This document shows, piece by piece, positions 15,301 through 28,148 of a stretch of 64,000 nt of DNA (the first letter of the stretch is position 1; every line of letters begins with the position of its first letter). Below the pieces are notes generated by a model. That model ran no database searches and was not told where the DNA came from. It was given only the letters and a program-made list of their open reading frames with translations. The stretch is taken from positions 7,987,705 to 8,051,704 of the forward strand of contig CM082587.2 in the NCBI GenBank assembly GCA_040954595.2, given 5' to 3'. The position numbers and the translations under genes are program-made. The DNA comes from Balanoglossus misakiensis. Taxonomy: Eukaryota > Animalia > Hemichordata.

Positions 15301-18300
15301 AGTTCGGTGGTGTCTTTGGTGTACATTTTGTAAAAAGTCATTCACAATATATATCTTCTGTAATGAGTATACTATGTAGGCTTTAGGTAGGTCATGGCCA
15401 CAGACTTAAACTTGGACAACTTTTGCTATTTATACAATGCAGAAGTCCAGCATTTTGTGCAAACCTTTGTTTCTTTTTAAAAAAATCAAAATTGTGGCAA
15501 GTGAGATGATTGTCTCTTGAAATCAGAATATTTTCATTTTTAGTCTGCCCGTTCTAGCTGTCATCCCTTTCACTGTAATAGACTCGACCAGAAAGTACAT
15601 CCTCGTGATGATGAAAGCAAAAACAGATTTTGTCTGCTGTCACTTCTCAGGCGGCTTTTACCAAAATTAGAAATCAGTTTTTAACTTTGAAGCATGGATT
15701 TCCCGATTGAGATCATCCCCTCCACTCTCCTTTAAGTTTTCTTTTGTTTAACTACATTTTTGTATACTTCAAAACAGAAAAAGGCAAAAATGTTTTTTCG
15801 GTGAGTCTGATGAAAAATTAAAACAGCATCATTGATGTGAGCGCAGCGGTATCTTTCAGAAAATTCACATTGCTATGGGAACAGCCCAACTGAAAATGAT
15901 TCCAGTTGCTGCGTTCGTGTGAAGATGTTTTTCCCTGTAGGCTATCCAGCAGAGAAATCTTGTACCCTCAATAACGCTAATGTACCTTACACATAGTAAT
16001 AATAATACATTCTGTCATGAAATGCTCTCCAGATATGGCATGGACTTACGTGTTGAATTGCAATTGAGATGTTTCTTTCCAAGCTAAAGCTGGTAGTGGT
16101 GGTAGTGACAGTCCATGAGGAATGTTTCCGTGCAACACAATCTTTTCATGGCACTGTTGTTGAGTGTGGGTATTCCCAGGTTCCTCATCGTTGTCACAAT
16201 AAAATACACCTCAGAATGTTACAAAATAGAAGCCAAATTGTTCTTGAACATCTTGTGTAACACTACAGAAGTACAGTGTATTCTAAGCTGAAATGTTTCA
16301 CCTACATCACAGACTACATGTAGGTGTTGTAAATGTTAAGGGGAAGGTCGCCATTTTTTGTGCAGAGGCATTTTGACAAAATTACTCAAAATAGTGACCA
16401 TCATTTTGATGAAATTAATATGACAAAAAAGGTGGTGTTACCGATACTAGCACACATTTTCAATATCTTTTTCAGTTTTTATGGTCTAATACCCAACACA
16501 GAGTTGTTACGCATATTGGCACCAATTTTTTTGAAACGTGAGAATCCCAGGGAAACTTAACCTTGTACTTCAAGTCGGTTCTTTTTGTTTTCGAATGCTT
16601 TTAGTTTAACATTAGCTGGATGGTGAAGACATATCATTTAGAAGCTGCGTCGATACTCTGAAACTGAATTCTGCAGACTTCGAGTCCAAATGACCATCTC
16701 GTATTTCACAGCTCAAAATACTGTAAAACGGGTTATTTTCGTGAGTAAAAATTTTTGTGAAATACGCTAGAGCCAAAAAAACTTGAAAATAAAGAGTCGG
16801 GGAAAAATGTTTTTCAGAGATAACGATGCAGTAAGTGAAATACGAGAACCCGAAAATTATTTGCCTAACAGTTGCCTCTTCTGATATCGTGAAAATTTCC
16901 TGTCGCGAAAATAACCCGTTTTACAGTAGACAAATCAGTATTTGCATTAGAGTGTGTGTACTAGGTGCATGTGTTGAAGATTTTGCATTATGTACTGGTG
17001 AAAGCTTTTGTGTACATAAGTCTAGATGTAAGTAGTTGTACTGGTAGTATTTTCCCGCCAAGATTCACTGAATTGGGCTTTTATTTGTGCCATGGTGAAA
17101 ATATATGTGCAGGTTGCAATCATAAAAGTCTAGCTTAGCCCTGGCCATACAATGTACATGTAGCTCTGAGACATATAGCCTTCATATTACTGAACTGAAC
17201 ACTGGTATCGATATAACTTTGATTTACGTGATATAACTTTAGTTTTATTTATAGCTGAAATAAAATTTATCATCAGAGAGAATACAGTTAATCAAAACAA
17301 GACGAAGTGAGACATGAGAGATTAGAGAGGATTATGTTTTTATCTGAGTACTCAGTGCAAGAATTGTGGAGATCACACATCAATTCATGGAAGACATCTT
17401 AACTGGAGGCCTTACAAATGTACTTTGTTCATTTGAATTTAATGCAAGATCATTCCTTTCAGTGCTGTACGTTTATTTGAGGGATTGAAAGTAAATGGAA
17501 AAGTTATAATGTGATTCAAACAATGAAAGGCAGAGGTACAAAAACTGTACATGTACCGTAGGTGATTTTATGGCATGCTCACTTCCTACTGTAACTCTGG
17601 AAGGTGCTTGTGTATCTTGTAATACAAGAATAAACTCCATATCTTTGATTTTTGCAGTTTGGAGTGGAGGTGTGGTATTTTTTTGAGGATGTGCAAGTTT
17701 GGGTTTGGTGTCAGAAAGGAAGATGGTGTGGAACTTGGAAGGGAAGTCCAAGAATCTGTTTAGGATTTACAATTCAAATTTTGCACCTGCAGATTGATTC
17801 AGTGCAACTGCATCATGATTTCAAGTGTGAAAAAAAAAATGGCGGTTGTGGCTCTGATCTTGAGTTAAGATTTCATTTTGATCCAAATCTAATTACTGAA
17901 GGATACAGTACGACTAGAAATAAAGTTGCACAAAACATGCTGCTGAGAAACTAGAATGCAAATAAGCCTTCTAAGGGAACACTGATGATAATGTTTGATA
18001 AAACGCTTTAGATGTGCCTATTTCAGTTACAAAAATATAATCACACTCACAGTCAAGATTTGCATGCACCTGCATTCCCATGCCATCAAATTGACTGTAT
18101 TATGTCACAGTACAAATTACAATGTGAAAAATATTTATGAGTTGCGAAAGTCCAGACTTGCAGAGCGATGGTATTACTGTAGATGGGCGCAATGCCATAT
18201 AATGTTATCCGGAGGATAGAATATAAAATATGTAGTCTGTCAACTGAAGCTATAATAATGTTGCACAGTGCAAAGCATTAATATTTGGTCTGAATTCAAA

Positions 18301-21300
18301 TGGTTCAGAGTAAAAGCTAATGTGCATGTAGCGATAAAATCTTGACGTACACGTGTATGGTGAATGAACTATATTTCTGATTAGTAGAGGGAAATTGGAC
18401 TGAGTGAAGATATGATGGCCAAGTGTTTTTTTATATTCTGAAGCCATGAATTACTGTTGGCGCTTACAACATGATGTACTCTGATTATTTTCAGTACTGC
18501 AGACGAATCGCTAATTTTTAAGTCATCGTGCAAATATTGCCGTCACTGAGCGTCACTGTGTGCGAACGAACCGTAGTGTTTGCCAATGGCATTGTTGAAA
18601 ATTGCATCGCTCTGTTGCCTTCTGTCTCTATTTTTTTCAAGGTCTTTTTTTCATCCAACATTGCATAGTCTGTAACTCATAATTAGGTTCCACCATTATG
18701 CAATGTAGGGGTGACTAGCGTGCAAGTCTGAGGGGAGCTGCAGGGTGTACAATGTATATGCATCTATCCAATAACAATAGCGCATTGTAGTCGTACCATA
18801 CTTATATTACATGTAACTCTAGCCATTCAGCTCAAACTACATGTATACTAGTGCAGTTGTGGTTTCATGGGAAGTACATGTAACATACATGCAGCAGGAC
18901 AGCCAGAGCAGGACATTGACCCAAATATTTCATAAGATCAGTGATCAATTATCTGTGCATATAAAACCTGCTGTGTGCTGTTCTTGTCATGTCAACAAAT
19001 AATGCTTCATTTGAGCAGAGAGAGAGCTAAAAATTATAGGCATCATGTACATAAACCAACTCGGACTCGACTTGCAGAATAAAAAACCTTCAAGATGTTC
19101 CTTTTGGTCTCAGAGGGAATTGTTTAGCATGATTCTGCATTAAAAGGTGTACAGTCACCTATGGAAACCTACAGTTAACATGGTATTGTGATCTATTGTG
19201 ATTTTTAGTGGGTGGCACACGCAAAAAAAAGAGCGCCACCATATGTTCTTTAGAACCTTCAAATACGCCATTTCAGCCATACAATGTATACATGTATGGG
19301 CGTATGTAAATTGGAGGTGACTGTATACCTTTAATACAAGTTCCGGTAACATGTTGTAGGCAACTGCGCTGCCCTGCTGGAAAAGTTGAACTGCACATCC
19401 CCTGCAGCAATCATGCATCTAGGATGTGTCAGACTTGAAGCACTGTACATGTGGTTACACAACTGCTGCATGGCGGTCCCAGCATGTGTTACAATAGTGA
19501 AAACTTGGACAGATTGAAAACTGTAAAAATTACACTGAAAATATTGAGTGTGCAATTTCAATTTACACACTAGCTCATATTCAAGTCAGCCAAGTTGACT
19601 AACATACTAGACTTATTTAATATCTTTTCCGCTTTTTGTCCAATCTCTCAAAATGGAGATAAAAGGATACAGACCTTGAAAATTGAAACAGTTATCATTT
19701 CATTGCATGGATTTCCTTAGTAACATTGCAGAATTGTGTGCCAATAAAATACAGTTACCAGTAGTAAAGTTAGAAACGGATATATATTTGTGTCGGTGAA
19801 TAATAAAATCAGTCACCGTGCAGAAATCATAAAACTTAATGGTGGGATGAAATACAAGAAAGAAGCTCATGCTGAAACTCAGTGAAGTGCCATCTTGTTG
19901 CTATGGATACCTCTCAGCCTTGCCATTGAGCGAAAAGAATTATGGGCTTCTGATTCAAAATTTTAATTTTGTGAAAATTTCCTTGTTTGATCATTACCGG
20001 TGCATCTCGAAAGGGAAATTCTGTTTAAGTAATTGCAATTCATCACTCAGGCTACATTGTATGTTGACGGTAGTATGTCTGGGCATGCATACTCCTTGTA
20101 GACATATTTGATTAGATTTCCAATGTCTTCAGGGTCAACTAAGTTAATGCGAAGAATGTTGGTTAGTTTCAGTGTGAAAAAAAAACCTAGCAGTATCACC
20201 GTGTACCAGTATTTTATCACCGCATTGCTCACATACAGCACATTTGTAAACTCATTTGGCATGCGATCTGAAATTTTCCGAGGCATTTAGCTTTCAAACA
20301 GCAAGCCATAATAAATGATTGATTGAAAAAAAAGCATTATCCGGGGGAAAGTCAGCTGGGCTGTAGTCTGGGACTGAATGTACATGTAGTTGTAAATGTT
20401 GTACATTACAGAGCAGTTAAGGTCCGATTAGGTTTCAATGTGTAATGTGAACCCTCGTTTAACCTTGACATGGGGTGCCCCGGTTATGTGATAGCTGCTG
20501 ATATTCCTACAGCTGTTGCAAGGAAAATGCAGCCACTTGGAAACACAGGTGAGAGAGTGTGGCTCTCAGTTTGTACCAGTTCAGTTTCTACGGAAACAGG
20601 AAAGATAATTGACAATTGATGCTCATATGTCATCAAAGTGCAAGTAGACTGTGCAGTGTTGCGTCCAGGATGGCATCAACGCCTTACAGTGGGGGGGGGG
20701 GGGTTTAAGGGGCACTGGTCCCCCCCTTGGCAAATTGCTAGGGGACTGCCAACATGTCAACAGAGACGAATTCCCCATAACCTTTGCTACAATGTACATC
20801 ATACATGTCACACATAGTGTCACTGTCAGTATCTTTTCAATTCATATATGATTTCACAGCATAACATTTGTGTAATATAAATAATGGGGCATCCAATTAT
20901 ACAAATGTAGCAGAAAACATAACAGGGTCATTCATGTCATGATGTGTAACAGATCTTATTTATTAATAGCACATACAGGATCTCAGATTTTCTTTTGTTG
21001 TACATATTGATATCTGATTACAGAAATTATTTCTGTGGTCAAAATGATGATTTATGATATAAAATGAATGCAACAGCTTGACAATACAGAAGATATACTG
21101 GTACATTACAGGTGCCTCCTGGAAAAACATGTTATAGTCAGCTCTGTATTACATGTAGTTGCTCATTTCGTTTCACACTGATTGGTCAGTCGGAGAAAAA
21201 ATATAATGGCTGCCGCCAGTGTCAGCTCCATTTTCTGATCAAATTTATCATGGAGCAACAAATGGAACTGCAGACAGTAATCGTTGTTTTACAGTTGTCT

Positions 21301-24239
21301 TGCTTGAATGAATGAATGAATGAACAACAATCATACAATATTGTTTGTCATTGTTTTTATCGCTAAGAATAGACAAGTCTGTTGAATGTTGACAAGACAA
21401 TCCAAACATCCTCGGGGCAAAGACTCACCATTTGCACAACTAGTACTACATACATGTATACTGTGCTACACATCTAAGATGACCATGTCAATGTCCAAAG
21501 AATTATGCCTATCCGAACGGTGAGAACTAATCTTGACTAATGTGTTGTGTCTGTTTCATATTTTCAGTTGCACAAAGACTGGGGACACAGTGTTTCCAAA
21601 ATACTTGAAGGGAACGGAGTGTTAGCCTTGGTGACGCTTGAGAAGTTGCCACTCGATGAACATCACGCAATGAGAGTTGGCCGATTTATCGCTGACCATC
21701 TCAAACACCACAAATGTGAATTACTCAGGTAAGACTGACGCTTTCTCCGGGTATGTGTGCAATTTTGATGTGAATGTAAAGCAAAAAAGGACCTCTTTGT
21801 TTCCAATCCAGCATGGTTCTCATAATAGTCCTGACCAAAAGAGCAAGTCTGTCATCTTTTCGTGTTTTCTGTGGTACTTATAGTACATGTAGGTAAAAGA
21901 AGCTGTGCATTATGGGTACAATGTAAAAACACCGAGCCATTGTTCAAGTTGATTCGGACTCAACTGTGATAGGCTCTGAATTTTCAAACAACATGATTTT
22001 CAAAGTCTCTTCTTGCTGGAGCTGTCATTTCTCTTGAACTTGAAATCAGTAACCAAATTGCATGGACCACTGTACATGTACAATGTACATGTAGGTGAAA
22101 TTACATTGTGTTGTCGCTATGAATGCGGTATCACATTGCTTGGGGTTGTCACTCTACAATCACTTTCACATTGCATTCTTATCATAGAGATTATATCACA
22201 TTGCATTGTCTTTCAGCAGAATGTCAGGTTGTGCTGACATTGTACAGATTATGTCACAGTTACCCACCATTCTTTGCCCTGTACCATTGAACTTGAAGGT
22301 TGCCTTGATAATGCCTTTTTTTCTGGTCTACATAGTGACAGTAATGTGAGCTATCTAAATAATTGTGAAAATAGTAGATCAAAAGAACAAATATTAAATT
22401 TGGGGCAATTATTTGGCATACAGTGTATTTGGTCAAAAATTCTATTTTTCAGAAAATGTTCACCATGTTGTGTGAACCTTGTTTTGCAGGGTCCATAGAA
22501 TGTTTTCTAATGGGATTGTTCGAATAATGGTAAAACGATCAATTACATGTATTTAAATACCTACATGTTATGTCAAAAGAAAATTTATCAATACAGTATG
22601 CTATATTAGTAATTAATAAATGTAGCAAAGTGCCATTGATGCTATTTCCACCAAACACTTTGTTGACATCAAAGCTTTGTTTTTATTTCAACACAGATGG
22701 GACATAACACATATACTGCTATATTTCCACACACCTGTGGATTATGAAACACTGGGCCAACTCTTCCTCGACGGTCAGTTGGACAATTGCGAAGGATACA
22801 AAGTCACCAGAATAGAACGTAAGTCGACTATTTTTGCATTCAGCTGGATCCCCGTTTCATACAATATGGCATATGCCAGTTGTCTCTGTCTTGGGACAGA
22901 CCATCTTTCAGAGGGGTGGAAAGGTTGCTGACACTAACCTGGTGTAAAACTAATATATCTACATTAGGTTTCTTTCGTATATATGAAAAGAGTATGTACA
23001 GTCTTTGCTAAGGCTTTGTTGCTGTACATGTATATCATGTTTCAGCAAATCAATTCTGAGACCTGAATTTAATTCAACCAAACTTTTCCTACACGACTCA
23101 ACTTATCTGCAAGAGATTTTGCACCGTTACATAGATACTACAATGTACAGTAGTAGTGAGTCGGCCATAGAACGCTGGCCATATTGCATTGATCTGTGGA
23201 TGTATAGTAACAAGTTTAACAGTTACACATTATGTTTTGCCTATTAAGTTTATACTGTAAAACACTTTATTTTCGCGAGATGAAATTTTCGCGATATCGA
23301 GAGAGGCCACTGTTTCGCGAGTATTAATTTTCACCTTTTCTTATTTCATTCACTGAATCGTTATCTTCAAAAAATTTACATGACTTTTTATTTTAAGGCT
23401 TTTTTGGGTCTCACATATTTCTCGAAAATTTATTGCTCGCGAAAATAAAGTGTTTTACAGTATATATATCTTGTTTTTACACTTCAGCCTGCGTGTTGAC
23501 CAACCCACCCAGGTGTTTCATAGAGATCGAGTTACCCATGCACGTTGGAGACATACTACGAACCAGCATGCTGCCAATCATCACACCCTTTTCCTCGGCA
23601 TTCACCCATGTGACCATCCGCGAGATATCCGACACGCACCACGGACACACGGACAACTCGGAGGACACTACGCCGCCCGCCAAACACCGCCGTCTGGACC
23701 GAAGTATACCCTCGCTGGCCCTCACCATGATGTTCACCGGGCAGATGCAGAAGCGGGCCCTCAAATCGGCCAAGTGCCTGGCCTCGTCGCCGTGGGAACT
23801 GTTCACGCTGCCCGACCCCGTGACCAAAGTTGTGGACTACGACACGCAGTACTTTAACAATATGGAGGTGGACATGCCCCTGTGGGCCGTCAAGACCGGC
23901 TGCCCGATGGCCGGGGTGCGGATATCGCTCTTTGTGCGGGAGAGGATTAATTTTGACATTATGGACCAGTTCTACAGGAACATTACCGGCGTCACGCCCT
24001 TTGAGCGGGACCTCAACAACAGCGAAGTGCGCTACGCGACCTTCACCTTATCACCCAAAGCTGAATTCACACTTGTGCACTACCCGGGGGTTCTCCCCCA
24101 GGCCCTGGACAACCTCTCTTTGTACTTTTGCGTAGACAACCAATCGAAGGCCATCGGGGCCGAGAAGATATCCGACGATCACTGGCAACTGAAGGATATA
24201 GAGGGAAACAAAGTCATTCTGTTTCTCCCTACGGTCTGA
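6324..24239 (+). CDS. FAM124A: FAM124-like protein (~414 aa) with N-terminal extension
   Basis: Exons 6324-6533, 21568-21728, 22697-22818 and 23488-24239 join in phase (0, 2, 1) with canonical GT-AG sites, 1245 nt in total. The last exon has FAM124-type motifs: SPWE, MPLWAVK, RISLFV..NFDIMDQFYRNITG, WQLKDIEGNKVILF. Linkage of exon 1 across the 15-kb intron is inferred from phase only. Confidence 0.7.
9555..9631. mobile_element. Short TTAA-flanked piggyBac-like MITE, degenerate copy
   Basis: taacactttcac...ggtccaac...gtttggactgaaccatggtggtgaaagggttaa; same family as 28618-28702 and 26531-26620. Confidence 0.55.
10201..10375. mobile_element. Kolobok-like non-autonomous DNA transposon (MITE)
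   Basis: TIR aggtatacggtcacct...aggtgaccgtatacct; TTAA duplicated at 10197-10200 and 10376-10379; RR..YY termini. Nearly identical to 52400-52573. Confidence 0.85.
12114..12300. mobile_element. Kolobok-like MITE, diverged copy
   Basis: ttaa|aagtatacggtcacct...gtcaccgtgtactt|ttaa, sharing the internal core ctgtgattggtta. Confidence 0.7.
16721..16926. mobile_element. TA-flanked Tc1/mariner(pogo)-like MITE
   Basis: ta|ctgtaaaacgggttattttcg...cgaaaataacccgttttacag|ta. Confidence 0.8.
19145..19330. mobile_element. Kolobok-like MITE, reverse orientation
   Basis: aggtgtacagtcacct...aggtgactgtatacct|ttaa; the interior is the reverse complement of the 10201 family. Confidence 0.7.
23255..23460. mobile_element. 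TA-flanked Tc1/mariner(pogo)-like MITE
   Basis: ta|ctgtaaaacactttattttcgcgag...ctcgcgaaaataaagtgttttacag|ta; ends 27 bp before the last FAM124-like exon. Confidence 0.8.
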
Positions 24240-24731
24240 GAGAAAAGTGACTAGATATAGGAAATATGCATAGTTTTATAGCGACTGAATATAATATTCT
24301 TATCATTATGTAATTAAGTTGTGAATTTGTAGACAGGTTTTTAATAGAACTGCGAGAATGGTATTGTTCCTGTGAAGTTTGCAAATGAGGAAGTGGTTAC
24401 CGACTGGAAGAAAATGTATTTTTTGTACTCAATCTTCAACTAGATTTATTCAGAAATATCTGAAGATTCACAATATGTGCAGCAAAAATTGTTGATGATG
24501 AAGGATGGAACTTGTGCTTGGAGGGAAGGTCGTGTGAAATGACCTTGAAAATGCACACTGAAATGAGTTCGTCAATTTTAATAACCCCATACAAAAGGAG
24601 TGTCGTCATGTGCTCTTGAAGACAACAGAAACCATCTTGACTGTGTTTTGTGGTTTGTCTTGAAACTGTCAAGATTCTGCTTGAACCGTAACCATCACCA
24701 TCAATCTGATGCCATTAGAGTCCAATGTCAG

Positions 24732-24800
24732 CTTACTCCTTAGCACAGCGGGAATTTTCATTGATCTTACTCCTCAGCACAGCGGGAATTTTCATTGATC
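24732..24800. repeat. 34-bp direct tandem duplication
   Basis: cttactcctYagcacagcgggaattttcattgat x2. Confidence 0.8.
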
Positions 24801-26530
24801 TGCTCACTTCACTGTCAGCCTTCAAGGGCAGGTGTGTTCGGCACCGATTATAAGTGTCATTGTATCATCAGAATATTTAAGTATTCTACTGTTATACGGG
24901 GGGAGGAGGGGGGGGGGGGCACTTTTTGAAAACAGTTGAGTCCAATATAGAGACAGTGAAGGTTTACTACTTAAAATAAAAGTACATGACATATATCATT
25001 GACAGGTGAACAAAATAGAATGGACTGACAGCACCGAAACCTAATATCAAGCACGACGTATCTACTGGCATTTGATATAGTTCCAGTTCATTGATTATGC
25101 TGCATGTGAACATATTTCATTGCAAACAGTCTCTAATGCATCACAGTCCCAGTACAGTGATTAGTGACAACTTTCCAATTTGTACCACAAATTTTATCAC
25201 CATCTTATATTCTTTTAGACCTTCTGAAGTTGTTTTTTCATTGTTGATTTATATGTCCATGTCTATCTTCATGTAGTTCCTGCAGTGTAGCAATCAAAGC
25301 ATCTTCCATTATTTAAGACATATTTGACTTCATTGGCTAATCAGTCACCTGAGTTTCCTTCCCAAAGTGGCAAACACTACCAACTAGAAATGTGCATATA
25401 TTTAATATGCACCTTATTAATACTGCCCAGCTTTCAGATGTAAACACCGCTACATACCAAGACTACATATCAAGGTACAAACATTACGCACACAAACCAC
25501 ATCTACAGATGTTGCATGCACATCCTTGAAAAGGGAAATTGCCTTGTTTGTAGTGAACACACAGTATGGTCTGATGTCTTTTCCATCTTCTGCAAACTTC
25601 AAAAAGAGGAGAGCGAACTGGGCACATAAAGTCAACCAGGCCCAGTCTACACGTACTGTGCACAACAAATTCTATGTCATGCTCAGAATACCGCCCTCAA
25701 GGAGCCCACAATACTCCATCACTGTCTTGTGTGATGTGTCTTCAATGTGTACCTCTGTTAATTGCCAGCAGCCTAACTCGATTAATATCAGTGCAGCAAT
25801 GTTAATCAAGGTGGGCCAATATTTATTAGTCCAAAAACATCATAAGATGCTGCCTTGCCTCACTATTGTAAGGGCAAATGGCAGCTTTAGGAATCTTTGC
25901 AGTTGTTACCTCATATTGGTGGGAGTGCCCGTAACACACATCCACACACACTCACCCCTAGGCCCTGAATGACACACACACACACGCATACACATAAGAA
26001 CATCTTGCATTTAAGGCTTCCAATAGCATTTTCTTACGCATAAATTTTGATGACAAGTATCAGATTAAAATCAAGTGTAAGTATAGGCTCTGTCTTATGC
26101 TTAATAGGCCCATATTTGTTGATGTGTGCAATTCTATAGATTTAGACAATAGACTTTTGTCTGTTCATGGAACTGGGAAATCAAAGGGTCAGCTGTGTAT
26201 AAGATATGCCCCTTTAATTCTTTGTACTCTGGCGACCTATGGTGTCATGCACAAGTTTTCTTCCAAGCCAAGTTTTGAGAGTTATTTCATTCTGTAGTTA
26301 GGCTGTCCTTGAACTAAACCATTCAAATACTGAGGACAATAATATAAGAAATGAGTCAATCCCAACATCTGTTTTTATTTATCAAATCAAAAAAATGAGG
26401 TGTAATTTTTTTCCATAAGAAGAGACATTGACAAAATAACTTGCTTTTCATGCTTCTTCTATATTGCTTTTCATATTGAAAATGTGGCACACGTTTCTGC
26501 TGCAGTTCCTCACACCTTAACTGTGGCTGA

Positions 26531-26620
26531 ATTCACCCTTCAACCCCTCCTCCTTTGTAGAGGTCCAACTCTACCATAGAAAACAGTGGGTTTGGACTAA
26601 ACCATAGTGTTGAAAGGGAC
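26531..26620. mobile_element. Short piggyBac-like MITE, degenerate copy
   Basis: cccttcaaccc...ggtccaactctaccatagaaaacagtgggtttggactaaaccatagtgttgaaaggg. Confidence 0.5.
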
Positions 26621-27561
26621 AAGTGGAGGATTTCTTCCACAAGTTTGATCATTTCAGAACCATCTACTCACAGTATAATCATACCAGATACTGGTTAGAC
26701 GCTGCAAGATTCTGTAGGCGATGCCTGAATGTCTTGGACATCTGTGTATATGACATCAACATTTACATCATGAATATGGCAGTACCTGTAATCTAATGTC
26801 ACAAATTCTACTTCCTTCTAAAAAATTGGCAATGAGATTCAGTTTTCAAAATTGCCTCCATTTGTGGAATATAGACATTGCTAATGTTGAGCTTGACTTC
26901 AGTACTTGCATCACAATACAAATGCTTGCTGCTAGTTTCAACAGGATGTGTTGTCGTGCCGACTAGGCATTTCCACCTCCTCCACAGAGCTGAACAATGA
27001 ACTGCTCACAATGTGAAAAGATGGAAAGAATGGCTACATTTTCTTTTAACCTTCAGGAAATTAAAGTCAAACATTGGAAGCCTGTACCAACTATTGTTTG
27101 AACAATGGATTAAAGCATTGTTAATTTTACTGTTTCACTGTAGACCTTTGGACAACATGTCCTGTTTTCATGGAAATTTATAGTGTTGAATGCAACTGTC
27201 TCGGAACAATTTTACAATTATTAGTCTTTGTAATAATTTTTCATGCCAAGTATTTGTATGGCTCATTTTGTGCCCAGATTTTTTTGGGGAAAGCTGTAAT
27301 ATTGTGATATTATCATTCAATACAACAGATCTTTCACCAAACCTTGTGTTTGTTGCGTCTTTCTCTGTCCATCTGGGTGATGGATTGAAATGTTGGCATC
27401 TTGAAAAACTGCAATAATTGTACAGACATGCCTCTGTATAAATCATATCTGAGAGGAGAAATACCAGAACATTTCTACCAGACTTTTCATTGTATCTAGT
27501 GCATTTCTCCCAACAAAATGTTTTGCCAAATAACCGAATTTGATAAGAAAGTGAAGGTTAA

Positions 27562-27744
27562 AGGTATACGGCCACCTGTGCAAATATAGCTACAGTTACC
27601 ATGGCAAATTGAGATCTAGCCGGCCAATCACAGATTTTCACTGGGTGGCACACGCGAAAAAAAAGAGCGCCACCATTATATTCTTACACTCGGATACAGA
27701 TCATATGGATATATCAAATTGGAGGTGACTGTCACTGTGTACCT
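27562..27744. mobile_element. Kolobok-like MITE, reverse orientation
   Basis: ttaa|aggtatacggccacct...ctgtgtacct|ttaa, containing ccaatcacagattttca. Confidence 0.75.
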
Positions 27745-28148
27745 TTAACCTGCCTCCAATGTAGGGAGATGAATAAAACAACACGACTTGGAAAGCACCC
27801 ACATGAGTTACACCACTGACCCTTTACTGACAATGATGAGATTTTGTAAGCAGAAAACATTCTGTAGGCTTAGTAGGCAATTGACTTGGATCAAGCAGGG
27901 ACTTCACATGTATGGTAGAGGGCGCACTCACTGTATACATATGGAATACTTATAAATGAAATTACAATTACTAATTAAAACATTATTTCTCTTGTTTTAA
28001 TAGTGGGACCAATTCACCAAACCGCAATAACACTCATAGCACCTGCTTGACATATAACCTATATATACTATTTGCTCTGTTCTATAAATTTAATTAACTC
28101 CTATACCCTGTGCGACTATCTCAACAAGTATGACATACAGCATCATCA

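Noticed and set aside
6534-21567. Hidden nested gene in the 15-kb FAM124-like intron
   Set aside because: Only short ORFs with no recognisable motifs or consistent splice chain; non-coding or alternative exons cannot be excluded without RNA data.
23450-24135. Overlapping alternative-frame and antisense ORFs, and raised GC, in the last FAM124-like exon
   Set aside because: Shadow ORFs from GC-rich codon usage; not evidence of a second gene or of horizontal transfer.
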